Positions 49,478 through 58,458 of a stretch of 64,000 nucleotides of DNA are shown here, piece after piece (the first letter of the stretch is position 1; each line of letters begins with the position of its first letter). Under the pieces are notes generated by a model that was not told where the DNA came from, did no database searches, and saw nothing but the letters and a program-made list of their open reading frames with translations. A program made the translations under genes and the position numbers. Source of the stretch: a virus; the IMG/VR virus record IMGVR_UViG_3300032242_001655, positions 1-64,000 of that record. The stretch is one strand, 5' to 3'.

Positions 49478-49491
49478 TTCTATGTTATAAT
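49463..49491 (+). promoter_or_regulatory. Sigma70-type promoter
   Basis: TTGACA-17-TATAAT. Confidence 0.8.
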
Positions 49492-49517
49492 AGTGTTTTA
49501 TAACACAGAAAGATAAT

Positions 49518-50048
49518 ATGGCTAAGCACATGATGATTGACTTAGAGACTATGGCAGTCTCTCCAAATGCAGTAGTTCTAACATTAGGTGCAGTACATTT
49601 TAATCCCTACGGCAATGGGTATAGTGACAAACTATATCTACGTTTTGATCTCGATGATCAAGATAAGTTAGGACGTGAAATTGATCCAAATACACTTGAG
49701 TGGTGGGCTAAACAAGATCCTAAAGTTATGGAAGAAGCATTTAGTCCAGATGATCGTGTACCATTAGTAGATGCTATGGATCAGTTCCATAAGTTTGCAT
49801 GGGGCTGTACAGCCTTTTGGGCTCATGGTAGTTTGTTCGACATTGCTATCTTAGAAAATATATATCGTCAATTGGTACGTACTCCACCTTGGCAATATTG
49901 GCAGATCCGCGATACACGTACAATCTTTGATTTAGGGTATGATCCAGATATGCCTAAAGCCAGTAAGCACGATGCTCTACAGGATGCTATTCGTCAGTCA
50001 GTAGGTGTTCAAAATGTATACTCAAAATTGAAGATAAAAGAGCGGTAA
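49518..50048 (+). CDS. DEDDh 3'-5' exonuclease
   Basis: MIDLET, FDIAIL, RDTRT, HDALQDA. Confidence 0.85.
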   Translation: MAKHMMIDLETMAVSPNAVVLTLGAVHFNPYGNGYSDKLYLRFDLDDQDKLGREIDPNTLEWWAKQDPKVMEEAFSPDDRVPLVDAMDQFHKFAWGCTAFWAHGSLFDIAILENIYRQLVRTPPWQYWQIRDTRTIFDLGYDPDMPKASKHDALQDAIRQSVGVQNVYSKLKIKER

Positions 50049-50114
50049 ATTATCCAAAGATGTAAACTAAATATTAATCTAAAGCGTTATAGTATTATAA
50101 CCGAGGAGAAAATT

Positions 50115-50420
50115 ATGAAGAAACTCTTATTGGCATTATCAATGTTATGTGTTGTAGGTACAGCCGGTGCACAATGGCATCATGGTTATCATGGCTGTTG
50201 CTATAGAGGTGGTTACGGCGGTGGATGGGTTGCTCCTGCTCTTATTGGCGGAGTAATTGGATATGAACTAAGCAGACCTCAAACAGTTTATGTTGAACCC
50301 CAACCAGTGATTGTACAACCTCCTGTGAGCGTAGTGCAACAACCTCCAATTGGATACCATTGGCAAGAAATGATTGATCCTGCAACAAACACAAAGAAAA
50401 TTGTATTAGTACCAAATTAA
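50115..50420 (+). CDS. Secreted Gly/Pro-rich protein
   Basis: Signal peptide; GWVAPALIGGVIGY; PVIVQPP repeats. Confidence 0.65.
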   Translation: MKKLLLALSMLCVVGTAGAQWHHGYHGCCYRGGYGGGWVAPALIGGVIGYELSRPQTVYVEPQPVIVQPPVSVVQQPPIGYHWQEMIDPATNTKKIVLVPN

Positions 50421-50421
50421 T

Positions 50422-50553
50422 ATGAAACTAAGAAAACTTCGCAAAAAATTATATCAGGCTATTTTTGAACACAAAGTAGAAAAAGAGAAAAAAGTTTGGT
50501 TCAAGATTCTTAAAAAATCCGTTAAACATAAACATACAGAAGATATAAGGTAA
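50422..50553 (+). CDS. 43-aa basic hypothetical protein
   Basis: MKLRKLRKKLYQAIF...; fills the gap exactly. Confidence 0.5.
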   Translation: MKLRKLRKKLYQAIFEHKVEKEKKVWFKILKKSVKHKHTEDIR

Positions 50554-50838
50554 ATGGCTTTAAAATTTGAACCCGGTGAGTCTTACGATAGTTGGGCAGG
50601 CCGGGTTGAAAAGTTTGAATTAGAACAAGCCCGCAAACGCATTGCCAAAGGTGATGATCCCAAATTGGTCTTAGAAGCCATGTCTAAATCAATGACACAA
50701 AAATTGATGCACCCTATATTACGAATAATTCGAGATAGTGCCGGTGGAGGATTTGATCCTGAAGCAAACAGAAAATCCTATAACGAATCCATGAAGGGTA
50801 GAGGTGTTGTAGCAGATCATGTAGAAAGGGATACATGA
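50554..50838 (+). CDS. Stand-alone glutamyl-tRNA reductase (HemA) dimerisation-domain-like protein
   Basis: ELEQARKRIAKGDDPKLVLEAMSKSMTQKLMHP. Confidence 0.6.
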   Translation: MALKFEPGESYDSWAGRVEKFELEQARKRIAKGDDPKLVLEAMSKSMTQKLMHPILRIIRDSAGGGFDPEANRKSYNESMKGRGVVADHVERDT

Positions 50839-51083
50839 AATTAGATCGTAGATATACGGGTTATAGTGATTTCAAATATGCTGTGACCTTTAGATACAAA
50901 GAAGGTCAAATATTCTGCGAGCGTAGAGAATGGATGTGGGATCAATTTGGCCCAAGTTGTGAGTACGAACATTGGCGAGACGGCAAGCAGGCCTGTTGGT
51001 GTTGGATAAACGACAACTATAGAACTCGTATATTATTTGAAAGCGAAAAAGAATATAATTGGTACAGGTTAAAATGGGGTTGA
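50835..51083 (+). CDS. Hypothetical protein
   Basis: ATGA coupling; W..QFGP motif. Confidence 0.55.
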   Translation: MKLDRRYTGYSDFKYAVTFRYKEGQIFCERREWMWDQFGPSCEYEHWRDGKQACWCWINDNYRTRILFESEKEYNWYRLKWG

Positions 51084-51108
51084 CTTTTTACCAGTTTCAT
51101 AGTATAAT
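51080..51108 (+). promoter_or_regulatory. Sigma70-type promoter (leaderless arrangement)
   Basis: TTGACT-17-TATAAT, with the ATG 6 nt downstream. Confidence 0.75.
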
Positions 51109-51114
51109 ATATGT

Positions 51115-51936
51115 ATGAAAATCCACTATGTTTCCGACCTGCATCTTGAATGCGAATACCAAGAACTTCCCGGCGGAGAAGTACTGATCCTTGCTGGCGA
51201 TATTGCCGAAGTTGTAGGAATCAGTAAACAGCATCACAGCACCAAACTCGTTCAGGACACTCCTGATCACGTCTACCGTTTGAGTGAATTCTTCAAATGG
51301 GAATGTGCCAAATACGATAAGGTATTTTATGTGTTAGGAAATCATGAACACTATCACGGACGTTTGGATAAGTCTTATCACATTCTAAAATCAATCATGC
51401 CTAACAATGTCAGTATGTTAGAGAACGAAGTTGTCGAATACAAGGGTGTTATGTTCATGGGTGCCACCATGTGGACCGATATGAACAAGAATGATCCTAT
51501 TACTCTTTATGCTGTTAAAAATGGTATGAACGATTACAGGGCTATTACTAATCTCTACGAGAACAAAAACGTTTACTATAAACTAACTCCAGAACATACT
51601 GTTGGCATTTTTAGGAAAACTGTAGAATGTTTTAAACAGATATTAGAAAGTGATGAAAACAAAACTAAACCATTTGTTGTAATCACACATCACAGTCCAA
51701 GTTATCAAAGTATCAACAAAAAGTATAAATCTGAGTATCACATGAATGGTGCTTACTGTAGTGATCTAAGTGATTTTATATTAGATCATCCTCAGATCAA
51801 ATACTGGATACACGGACATCTACATGATCCTGTAGACTACATGATTGGTGATACTCGTATCATTAGCAACCCGCGTGGATATATAGGATTTGAAGATACT
51901 GATCAATTTGATCCTAACAAGAGTTTTGAAATTTGA
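51115..51936 (+). CDS. Calcineurin-like metallophosphoesterase
   Basis: SDLH, AGDI, GNHE, THHSP, HGHLH, NPRGY. Confidence 0.9.
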   Translation: MKIHYVSDLHLECEYQELPGGEVLILAGDIAEVVGISKQHHSTKLVQDTPDHVYRLSEFFKWECAKYDKVFYVLGNHEHYHGRLDKSYHILKSIMPNNVSMLENEVVEYKGVMFMGATMWTDMNKNDPITLYAVKNGMNDYRAITNLYENKNVYYKLTPEHTVGIFRKTVECFKQILESDENKTKPFVVITHHSPSYQSINKKYKSEYHMNGAYCSDLSDFILDHPQIKYWIHGHLHDPVDYMIGDTRIISNPRGYIGFEDTDQFDPNKSFEI

Positions 51937-52145
51937 TTAAAGTTAGAATCAAATGGAGTAGAGACTTATCTACAGAAGAAGCGTGGGATAAAGTCTGTAT
52001 ATGGGCCCTCGAGCATTTTGGACTGCCCGGGGGCCGATATTCTACAGAACTTAATATTGACTATATGGATTTTATCTTTGAAAGCAAACATGATGCGCTC
52101 ATGTTTGCCCTAGCCCAGAATGGGCAATTACTTGAACCAGCCTAA
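51933..52145 (+). CDS. Hypothetical protein (W.LEHFGLPG)
   Basis: ORF track. Confidence 0.5.
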   Translation: MIKVRIKWSRDLSTEEAWDKVCIWALEHFGLPGGRYSTELNIDYMDFIFESKHDALMFALAQNGQLLEPA

Positions 52146-52562
52146 CTTTTCGCCGGCTTCTTTGCGTCTTTCTGCTTCTTCTTTACTACCAGGTAGTCTA
52201 TATGCCCAGAATAAAATTAGCATAAAGAAGATGCTCATCCACATGCAGGCTTTCCAATTACCTGTAGCAAACCATAGTATAATCAAACTGGCATCCATAC
52301 TAGCAAACATAGCCCACTTAGCCATTGTAGGAAATACACGACCGTTTTTCCAGTTAGCAATAAATGGTCCAAACAGTTTATGATTTATCATGTAGTTATG
52401 AAAACGCTCTGAACTACGAGCAAAGCAGTAGGTAGCAATTAGACTGGGTGTTGACCAAGGAATTCCTGGTACAATAACACCAATGTAGGCAATACCTAAA
52501 AACATTATACCTGCGGCAAACCACAATCCTTTTTTAATCTTTTTAATCAATTCCATTGACAC
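52128..52562 (-). CDS. ybaN: YbaN/DUF454 inner-membrane protein
   Basis: IGVIVPGIPWSTP, CFARSSERFHNY..NHKLFGPFI.NW. Confidence 0.8.
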   Translation of the reverse strand: MSMELIKKIKKGLWFAAGIMFLGIAYIGVIVPGIPWSTPSLIATYCFARSSERFHNYMINHKLFGPFIANWKNGRVFPTMAKWAMFASMDASLIILWFATGNWKACMWMSIFFMLILFWAYRLPGSKEEAERRKEAGEKLGWFK

Positions 52563-52590
52563 TCTCCATTCTTTCGTGTATAAATATAGT

Positions 52591-52670
52591 TATACAGAAA
52601 TGCCTATTAGGGTTCTGTATATTGGGCATGGTGCCCACAAAAACGTTCTTGCTTATTAAAGGAGAAAACT
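52591..52670 (+). promoter_or_regulatory. ROSE-like RNA thermometer in the hsp20 leader
   Basis: Two 5' hairpins, then TTCTTGCTT-ATTA-AAGGAGAA pairing over the SD with a bulged G. Confidence 0.65.
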
Positions 52671-53108
52671 ATGAACGCAATTACTCGCCTTGACACAAAC
52701 GCTCTAAGTCAATTAAACAGAGCACTCGTTGGATTTGATCGTATGTTTGACACATTCGAGCACAGATTTGCAAACCAAATCCAAAACAACTACCCCCCAC
52801 ATAACGTACTCAAAGTAGATGAAAACAACTACGCAATTGAAATTGCGGTTGCTGGATTCCAGAAGAGTGAAGTCACTGTGAAGGTAGATCAAGACGAATT
52901 AGTAATTACAGGTCAACGCACCGAATCACCCGAAGTAGAGTATCTACATCGTGGATTGAGCAGTCGCGACTTTACCAAATCATTTACTCTTGCTGAGTAT
53001 ATGGTTGTTAAAGGTGCTGTAATTAAAGATGGTATTTTGAGAATTGATCTCGAACGCCAACTTCCCGAGGCTTTACAACCCCGTCTTATTGACATTGTAG
53101 AGGCTTGA
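52671..53108 (+). CDS. ibpA: Small heat shock protein Hsp20 (IbpA-like)
   Basis: YPPHN, IEIAVAGF, YLHRGLSSRDF, DGILRI. Confidence 0.93.
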   Translation: MNAITRLDTNALSQLNRALVGFDRMFDTFEHRFANQIQNNYPPHNVLKVDENNYAIEIAVAGFQKSEVTVKVDQDELVITGQRTESPEVEYLHRGLSSRDFTKSFTLAEYMVVKGAVIKDGILRIDLERQLPEALQPRLIDIVEA

Positions 53109-53153
53109 TGCTATAATTAAAGCAGGGGGAATTAACTCCCTGCTTTATAAATA
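53089..53153 (+). promoter_or_regulatory. Sigma70 promoter, terminator hairpin and TATAAATA late promoter stacked before clpS
   Basis: TTGACA-17-TATAAT; AAAGCAGGG...CCCTGCTTT; TATAAATA. Confidence 0.65.
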
Positions 53154-53171
53154 ATACACTCGGGGAACTTA

Positions 53172-53474
53172 ATGGAACAAGTTGACGTCAAAGAAATAGA
53201 AGAAATAGATATTGAGATTTTGAATCCAGGAAAATATAAAGTTGTGGTTCAAAACGATGATGTCACACCGATGGAGTTTGTTATTGCCATGCTGATACAG
53301 GTATTCAATCACTCCGAAGAACGTGCTAAAGATATAACACTACAAATTCACAACGATGGAGCAGGAGTCGCAGGCATATTCAGTTATGAAGTAGCCGAGC
53401 AAAAGGGCATTGAGGGTACACTATTAGCCCGCCAACATGGTTGGCCCTTAGCAATTAAAATCGAGGAAGAATGA
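53172..53474 (+). CDS. clpS: ATP-dependent Clp protease adaptor ClpS
   Basis: YKVVVQNDDVTPMEFV, IHNDG, EVAEQK, PL. Confidence 0.93.
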   Translation: MEQVDVKEIEEIDIEILNPGKYKVVVQNDDVTPMEFVIAMLIQVFNHSEERAKDITLQIHNDGAGVAGIFSYEVAEQKGIEGTLLARQHGWPLAIKIEEE

Positions 53475-54703
53475 AATTTGCAATTACCGGAATAGGAATC
53501 CTTAACGGATTAGGCTCCACGCTGGAAGAAAATTGGAGCAATCTATTAGCAGGTAAGTCTGCTATACAGGATATTGAGTGGCCCGAAGATAATCCTGACG
53601 TTCTTCCTTCTACCTGTAAAGGTATACAGATTAAAACTGGATTCCCTAGTCCCACTCCAGAATTTACACGAGACGAGTACGATAATGAACACCGTCATTG
53701 GTCACGTTCTACCAAAATGACTATATATACTGGCACCCAAGCCTATAAGGATAGTGGCCTTACTTCTAAAAACGTGGGAGTATTTTTTACAACTACTGTT
53801 GGGCAAATGGAAGCCAACAACAAAATTATGAAGGCTATTGACAAAGGCCGTGAAAAATACAGCCCTAAACAAATATTGAATGGTAGTAATGCGTACGGTA
53901 GTGAACAGGTACAGAAATATTTAAAACTAGAAGGTCCTAGTGGATCAATACACACTGCCTGTGCCACAGGAATCTACCTACTTGATTACGGAATAAAGAC
54001 ACTGATGACAGATCCGGATCTAGATGCTGTAATGATCGGATGCAGTGACAGTTGCTTTCAACCATTTGTCTTTTATTATTTTCAAAATCTTAATGCGCTG
54101 AGTCGCCAACCTGCGGAAGAGGCATGTAAACCATTTGATGTTAATAGATCCGGATTTGTGTTAGGTGAAGGATCTTGTGCTTACATTATAGAACCTCTAG
54201 AAAAAGCAGTTGCCCGAGGTGCATATATCTACGGACTAGTATTAGGTACAGGTATTTCTGGCTCAGGAGTATTTGACACAGAACCCGATCCCACTGGTCA
54301 TACACAAAGATTAGCAGTGAATAAGGCACTCCGTAATGCCCGTGTAGATCCAGAAGATATCGATTATATTAATGCTCATGCTACAGGCACACCAGTTGGT
54401 GATGAGTTAGAATACAATCTCATGAATGAAATGTTCCATGGTAAAGTCATGGTAAGTAATAAAGGACAAATAGGACATACATTAGGAGTTTGTTCTGTGA
54501 TAGAGTTAATCTATACTATAATGGCTCTTAAAGAGCAACGCACACCGCCTAATGTAAATTTAACAACACCAGTAGGTGCCGGAATGCAGTTGCCCACGAC
54601 TGAAACCAAGATATACGCAAAGTATGCTCTAAAGAATAGTTTTGCGTTTGGAGGACGTTCAGCCTGTGCTGTATTAGCAAAATATGATGGAGAAACAAAA
54701 TGA
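53471..54703 (+). CDS. fabF: Beta-ketoacyl-ACP synthase (FabF-like)
   Basis: TACATG, PFDVNRSGFVLGEG, INAHATGT, KGQIGH, NSFAFGG. Confidence 0.85.
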   Translation: MKFAITGIGILNGLGSTLEENWSNLLAGKSAIQDIEWPEDNPDVLPSTCKGIQIKTGFPSPTPEFTRDEYDNEHRHWSRSTKMTIYTGTQAYKDSGLTSKNVGVFFTTTVGQMEANNKIMKAIDKGREKYSPKQILNGSNAYGSEQVQKYLKLEGPSGSIHTACATGIYLLDYGIKTLMTDPDLDAVMIGCSDSCFQPFVFYYFQNLNALSRQPAEEACKPFDVNRSGFVLGEGSCAYIIEPLEKAVARGAYIYGLVLGTGISGSGVFDTEPDPTGHTQRLAVNKALRNARVDPEDIDYINAHATGTPVGDELEYNLMNEMFHGKVMVSNKGQIGHTLGVCSVIELIYTIMALKEQRTPPNVNLTTPVGAGMQLPTTETKIYAKYALKNSFAFGGRSACAVLAKYDGETK

Positions 54704-55236
54704 GTTTAAAAGAGTTAACCTGGGATAATCACCAACGAGCAGAAGCCACAGCATTTATGAAGGCTGTGTTTGATAAGTCTATGCTACAATCAGCATGGGC
54801 AGACTTTACATATCAAAAGTCAGTTATTTACGGATCAATTGAAAATGTTGCCCGTGATGCTAAACTTACATTAGACATTCTTGAAATTGAACGTGCTCTA
54901 AAATTATACTTAGATGCTCAAGATATGTGTGGAGGTGAGTTTCCACGTATTCGTAAAGAAACTGTTGAGTATAGCAGATACATCATGAACTTGGTAGGAC
55001 AACCAGAGCGCATTATGGCACATCTTTATACTTGGCACATGGGTGACCTGTTTGGTGGGCAGATGATCAAGAAGATGATGCCCGGACCTCATCGTAACTT
55101 AGAGTTTGATGATGTAGATAATCTCAAAGCCAAAGTACGTGCTAAGTTAAAAGATAGTATGGGAGACGAAGCAAATGTGGCTTTTGAATGGGCAATCAAA
55201 CTAATGGAGACTTATAATAATGAGCTCAGTGTTTGA
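54700..55236 (+). CDS. hemO: Heme oxygenase (HemO/Ho1-like)
   Basis: LKELT...HQRAE; AHLYTWHMGDLFGGQMI. Confidence 0.9.
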   Translation: MSLKELTWDNHQRAEATAFMKAVFDKSMLQSAWADFTYQKSVIYGSIENVARDAKLTLDILEIERALKLYLDAQDMCGGEFPRIRKETVEYSRYIMNLVGQPERIMAHLYTWHMGDLFGGQMIKKMMPGPHRNLEFDDVDNLKAKVRAKLKDSMGDEANVAFEWAIKLMETYNNELSV

Positions 55237-55888
55237 AAAAAGCATTGCCTGTGCTAAAGAGTTTGAAAGACGTTTTAGAGAAACAGGAACATTAGAAGTT
55301 TCAAATATAGACGAAAGTGTAGGTTTATATGACCTTTCATTTTCATCTATGCGTTATCGGAGGGCACATCTTAGCATAGTTGATGCTCGAGAAACTAAAA
55401 ATGTATGGATGCTACATGTAACAGTATTCCCTCACACAAATGACAGTGCTCCTATCTACGGGTTTGATATTGTAGCAGGTCCTAATAAAGTTAGCGGTGC
55501 GTTTCACGATTTCAGTAAAGCAGGTGATGCTGACCATTATATGATGAAGTGGTTTGCTAATTGGACTGACGAGTTAGACTGGAATAAACGTAGAGAATTA
55601 CCTGAGTGGGCAAAAAACATCTTTAGTGATAGCATAGTTGCTATAGGTGCAGTTGATGCAGAAGAACTGGGTTATTTTACAGATTTAGGATTGTCTACAC
55701 TTAATTACTATTTAGATAGGGTAGGAAACACTCAAGAAAGCGGATTTGATTATCATATGGCACAGAATCGCTACTGTTATTATCAAAAGCAAAACCCACA
55801 TACTCCCAAGGTATTGGTTAATTTAGGGTTCACAGAATCAAAGGCCAAAGAATTTATTGCTAACAATTTGTTTCCAGAATTAGCATAA
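55220..55888 (+). CDS. Ferredoxin-dependent bilin reductase (PcyA/PcyX-like)
   Basis: RRAHL, MLHVTVFP, PIYGFDIVAG, AFHDFS, RELPEWA..IFS, YCYYQKQNPHT. Confidence 0.85.
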   Translation: MSSVFEKSIACAKEFERRFRETGTLEVSNIDESVGLYDLSFSSMRYRRAHLSIVDARETKNVWMLHVTVFPHTNDSAPIYGFDIVAGPNKVSGAFHDFSKAGDADHYMMKWFANWTDELDWNKRRELPEWAKNIFSDSIVAIGAVDAEELGYFTDLGLSTLNYYLDRVGNTQESGFDYHMAQNRYCYYQKQNPHTPKVLVNLGFTESKAKEFIANNLFPELA

Positions 55889-55896
55889 ATATCGCT

Positions 55897-56949
55897 ATGA
55901 GAGCAAAAGAATTTTTGTTAGAAAAAAAGTTATCTCCTGCAGATATATTAAAATATCCAAATTCTCCCAAGGATCGTTTACCTACCTTCCTTGAAAAAAT
56001 CATAATGAAATCACCATTTACTCTATCAACTGGTGAAAAAGTTGTTATCGATCCCAATGAATTTGAACGTGTGGCATCCTGGTTTGACGGTCCAAGAACC
56101 ACAAATCTCAAAATGAATACTGTTGATGGTCGATCAATTTCTTTTTCAGCATTAGAAAAGACCAAGGAGTTTGGTGGAGAACAAGCCGGCAAACGCGAAA
56201 CTGTTGAACAAGGACAAATTGAAGGTATTGCTCAAGAATTAGAAGATGCCAAAGCCGGACGTCCATCAGTTCCGCTTGCGGTAGGCAATACCACAGTGAA
56301 TGCCGCTACAGTTAGAAAAACTCCCGAACTGATTAATGGCCGTCAACCCAAAAGCGACATGACTGTGTATGACGAGAATGATAATCCTGTAGCATGGGTA
56401 AGTCTCAAAGATGTAAAATTTAGATGGGGCGGGTGGAATCATATGATGCATCGTCCTGAAATAGCCGCATGGCTTGCTCGTATCAAAGCAATCGACGGCG
56501 GTGTTTTACAAAGCAAAGAATCATATGGATTACATGCCAGTGATGATATAAAGAATCTAATTGTATTTGGAAAAGATTTTGATTCTGGAAAATTTGGTAT
56601 CAGCAATGTAAATGCTGTATTGATAGGGTGGACGCATATCAAGAAATCTGGAAAGAAATATATGTTGGCCGCAGACCACATTTATCCAAATGGTGTAACA
56701 CCTACTGGCGCACACGAACCTTACTTAGTTGTACGATACATGCTAGGTCGTTCAGATGTTGGACTCAAAAATGCTCGTGCTGAAACAAACACCAAAAGCG
56801 AGACTAGAAATGTCAAATGGCTTGACACTGATAAAGAAGTAAAATCTGTTGCCGAACCTAAAGTTAACCCAATAAAACAGTCGGGACTCACACCCACGCC
56901 TGCTCAACAACAATTAGGCAAGCCGATGGGTGCCCCACCCGGACAATGA
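55897..56949 (+). CDS. MRAKEFLLE-type late protein with a PD-(D/E)XK-like motif
   Basis: TAAATA-N5-ATG; PKSDM...WVSLK. Confidence 0.55.
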   Translation: MRAKEFLLEKKLSPADILKYPNSPKDRLPTFLEKIIMKSPFTLSTGEKVVIDPNEFERVASWFDGPRTTNLKMNTVDGRSISFSALEKTKEFGGEQAGKRETVEQGQIEGIAQELEDAKAGRPSVPLAVGNTTVNAATVRKTPELINGRQPKSDMTVYDENDNPVAWVSLKDVKFRWGGWNHMMHRPEIAAWLARIKAIDGGVLQSKESYGLHASDDIKNLIVFGKDFDSGKFGISNVNAVLIGWTHIKKSGKKYMLAADHIYPNGVTPTGAHEPYLVVRYMLGRSDVGLKNARAETNTKSETRNVKWLDTDKEVKSVAEPKVNPIKQSGLTPTPAQQQLGKPMGAPPGQ

Positions 56950-56950
56950 C

Positions 56951-57094
56951 ATGACTCCTGACCAAATGTGGAATTCTCTTGGATTCCAAGCCTGGCTAAA
57001 AAATCCCTGTATAGGTGATTGGTTAGACTATCAAGTTTGGTTAATGCTTAAGATTTATTTCTTACCCTATGAGATTATGGGTAGTCAAGCGTAA
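56951..57094 (+). CDS. 47-aa hypothetical protein
   Basis: MTPDQMWNSLGFQAWLKNP...; follows the previous stop directly. Confidence 0.35.
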   Translation: MTPDQMWNSLGFQAWLKNPCIGDWLDYQVWLMLKIYFLPYEIMGSQA

Positions 57095-57339
57095 GACTCT
57101 GGATAGTCGTATGAGGAGGGATTATCATACGACTCGTCTGGATTGTCGTAGACAACAGGTTCAGGAGCAGGTGGCGGAGCATAACTATGGTGAACTAACT
57201 CACCACTTTCATGATATACTTTTGAATCTCCTAATTTTGCTGAAAAACTAATAGCATCTTCAATATCTTGAAATTCTAGTTCTTCAACGTGTAAAAGTCC
57301 TTTGATCCATTTGAAAGATTTGACTTTGTGCTTACCCAT
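57085..57339 (-). CDS. Hypothetical protein (KVYHESGELVH)
   Basis: GAGGA RBS; last gene of the minus-strand cluster. Confidence 0.6.
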   Translation of the reverse strand: MGKHKVKSFKWIKGLLHVEELEFQDIEDAISFSAKLGDSKVYHESGELVHHSYAPPPAPEPVVYDNPDESYDNPSSYDYPESYA

Positions 57340-57341
57340 TG

Positions 57342-58403
57342 TTATTCCTCAGTGAAATATTTAGTCCAAATCTTAGCGGTTTTATTTGTATATTTTTTTA
57401 ACGAACCTTGATGTAGTTTGACATTCATCCAAGACCAATTGTAGGCTGTCTTAAGTTTATTAGCAATTGTATCACTGTCAACAGGTACAGCAGAATAAGC
57501 AGGTATAGCCCATGGTATTTCTTTTTCAGTCCCCACCAATGGTACACCCTGACTGATTAGATCAGCACCTACAATATTAAATGTCTCACTAAAACTGACC
57601 TGAAGTCCTATGTCCATTGTGGCACAGAGTTCTAGAAATTCTTCTCTGGGTCGCCATTGATGGTTAACAAGTTCGTGCCCAGTGCTATGTAATTGTTGGA
57701 ATAGGCCTTTAAGATTGTTAATCACTGGACTACCATTCATTTCAATACGTCCTGCATTTACGTGAAAGCGTAATTTTTTTCCTATACTGTCAGCAAATTC
57801 TATTGCGGCAAACGCTTGTAGCAAATGATTCTTTAACGGACGGATAGCACCGAAGCAGGCAATATCAATAGTATCTTTCTTTTTATCTATCTTTTTAGGT
57901 GATTTATAATCTTGTGGATAGTAGTTAGGCAAATAGATTACTTTTTTAGCAGTTGTGTCTGTATCCCACTTGTTGCGTATCTTAAAATACATACTGATCT
58001 CGTCAAACATTCTTGGAGCATTTATGCCCAAAACAATGTTTTTAAAATCGCTGTAGTCTCCGATCCAGTCCATAGCATTACCTTCTCCTGCCATAAATGG
58101 CATTTCTGAGTGTATGCGAATGATCCACGTAATATTAGGATGCAGTTTCTGTAAGATATAAAATTTATCTGGAACTACCCAAAGAGCTTCTATAATAACG
58201 TGTGTAGGACAATGTGTTGTAACGAGCCTATCAATACAGTTATTGTCAATAGCAATTTCTAGATTGCTTTCAATACCTGCTTCAACAAGCATGTCGTTCA
58301 TAAATTTAGCACTATTATATAGGCCGGTACTCAATCCAATATGAGAGTGAACTGCGGCGCTGTAGTCTTCGCGACGTTTGAGGATGAATAAAACTTTTTT
58401 CAT
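57342..58403 (-). CDS. GT-B (GT4-like) glycosyltransferase
   Basis: FGAIRPLKN, SFSETFNIVGAD; ATG 58403 downstream of TAAATA preferred. Confidence 0.7.
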   Translation of the reverse strand: MKKVLFILKRREDYSAAVHSHIGLSTGLYNSAKFMNDMLVEAGIESNLEIAIDNNCIDRLVTTHCPTHVIIEALWVVPDKFYILQKLHPNITWIIRIHSEMPFMAGEGNAMDWIGDYSDFKNIVLGINAPRMFDEISMYFKIRNKWDTDTTAKKVIYLPNYYPQDYKSPKKIDKKKDTIDIACFGAIRPLKNHLLQAFAAIEFADSIGKKLRFHVNAGRIEMNGSPVINNLKGLFQQLHSTGHELVNHQWRPREEFLELCATMDIGLQVSFSETFNIVGADLISQGVPLVGTEKEIPWAIPAYSAVPVDSDTIANKLKTAYNWSWMNVKLHQGSLKKYTNKTAKIWTKYFTEE

Positions 58404-58458
58404 AGGTGGTGGGGGAGTTGGTATGTCAATATTTAACAGCAACGAGATTACAGGACTA

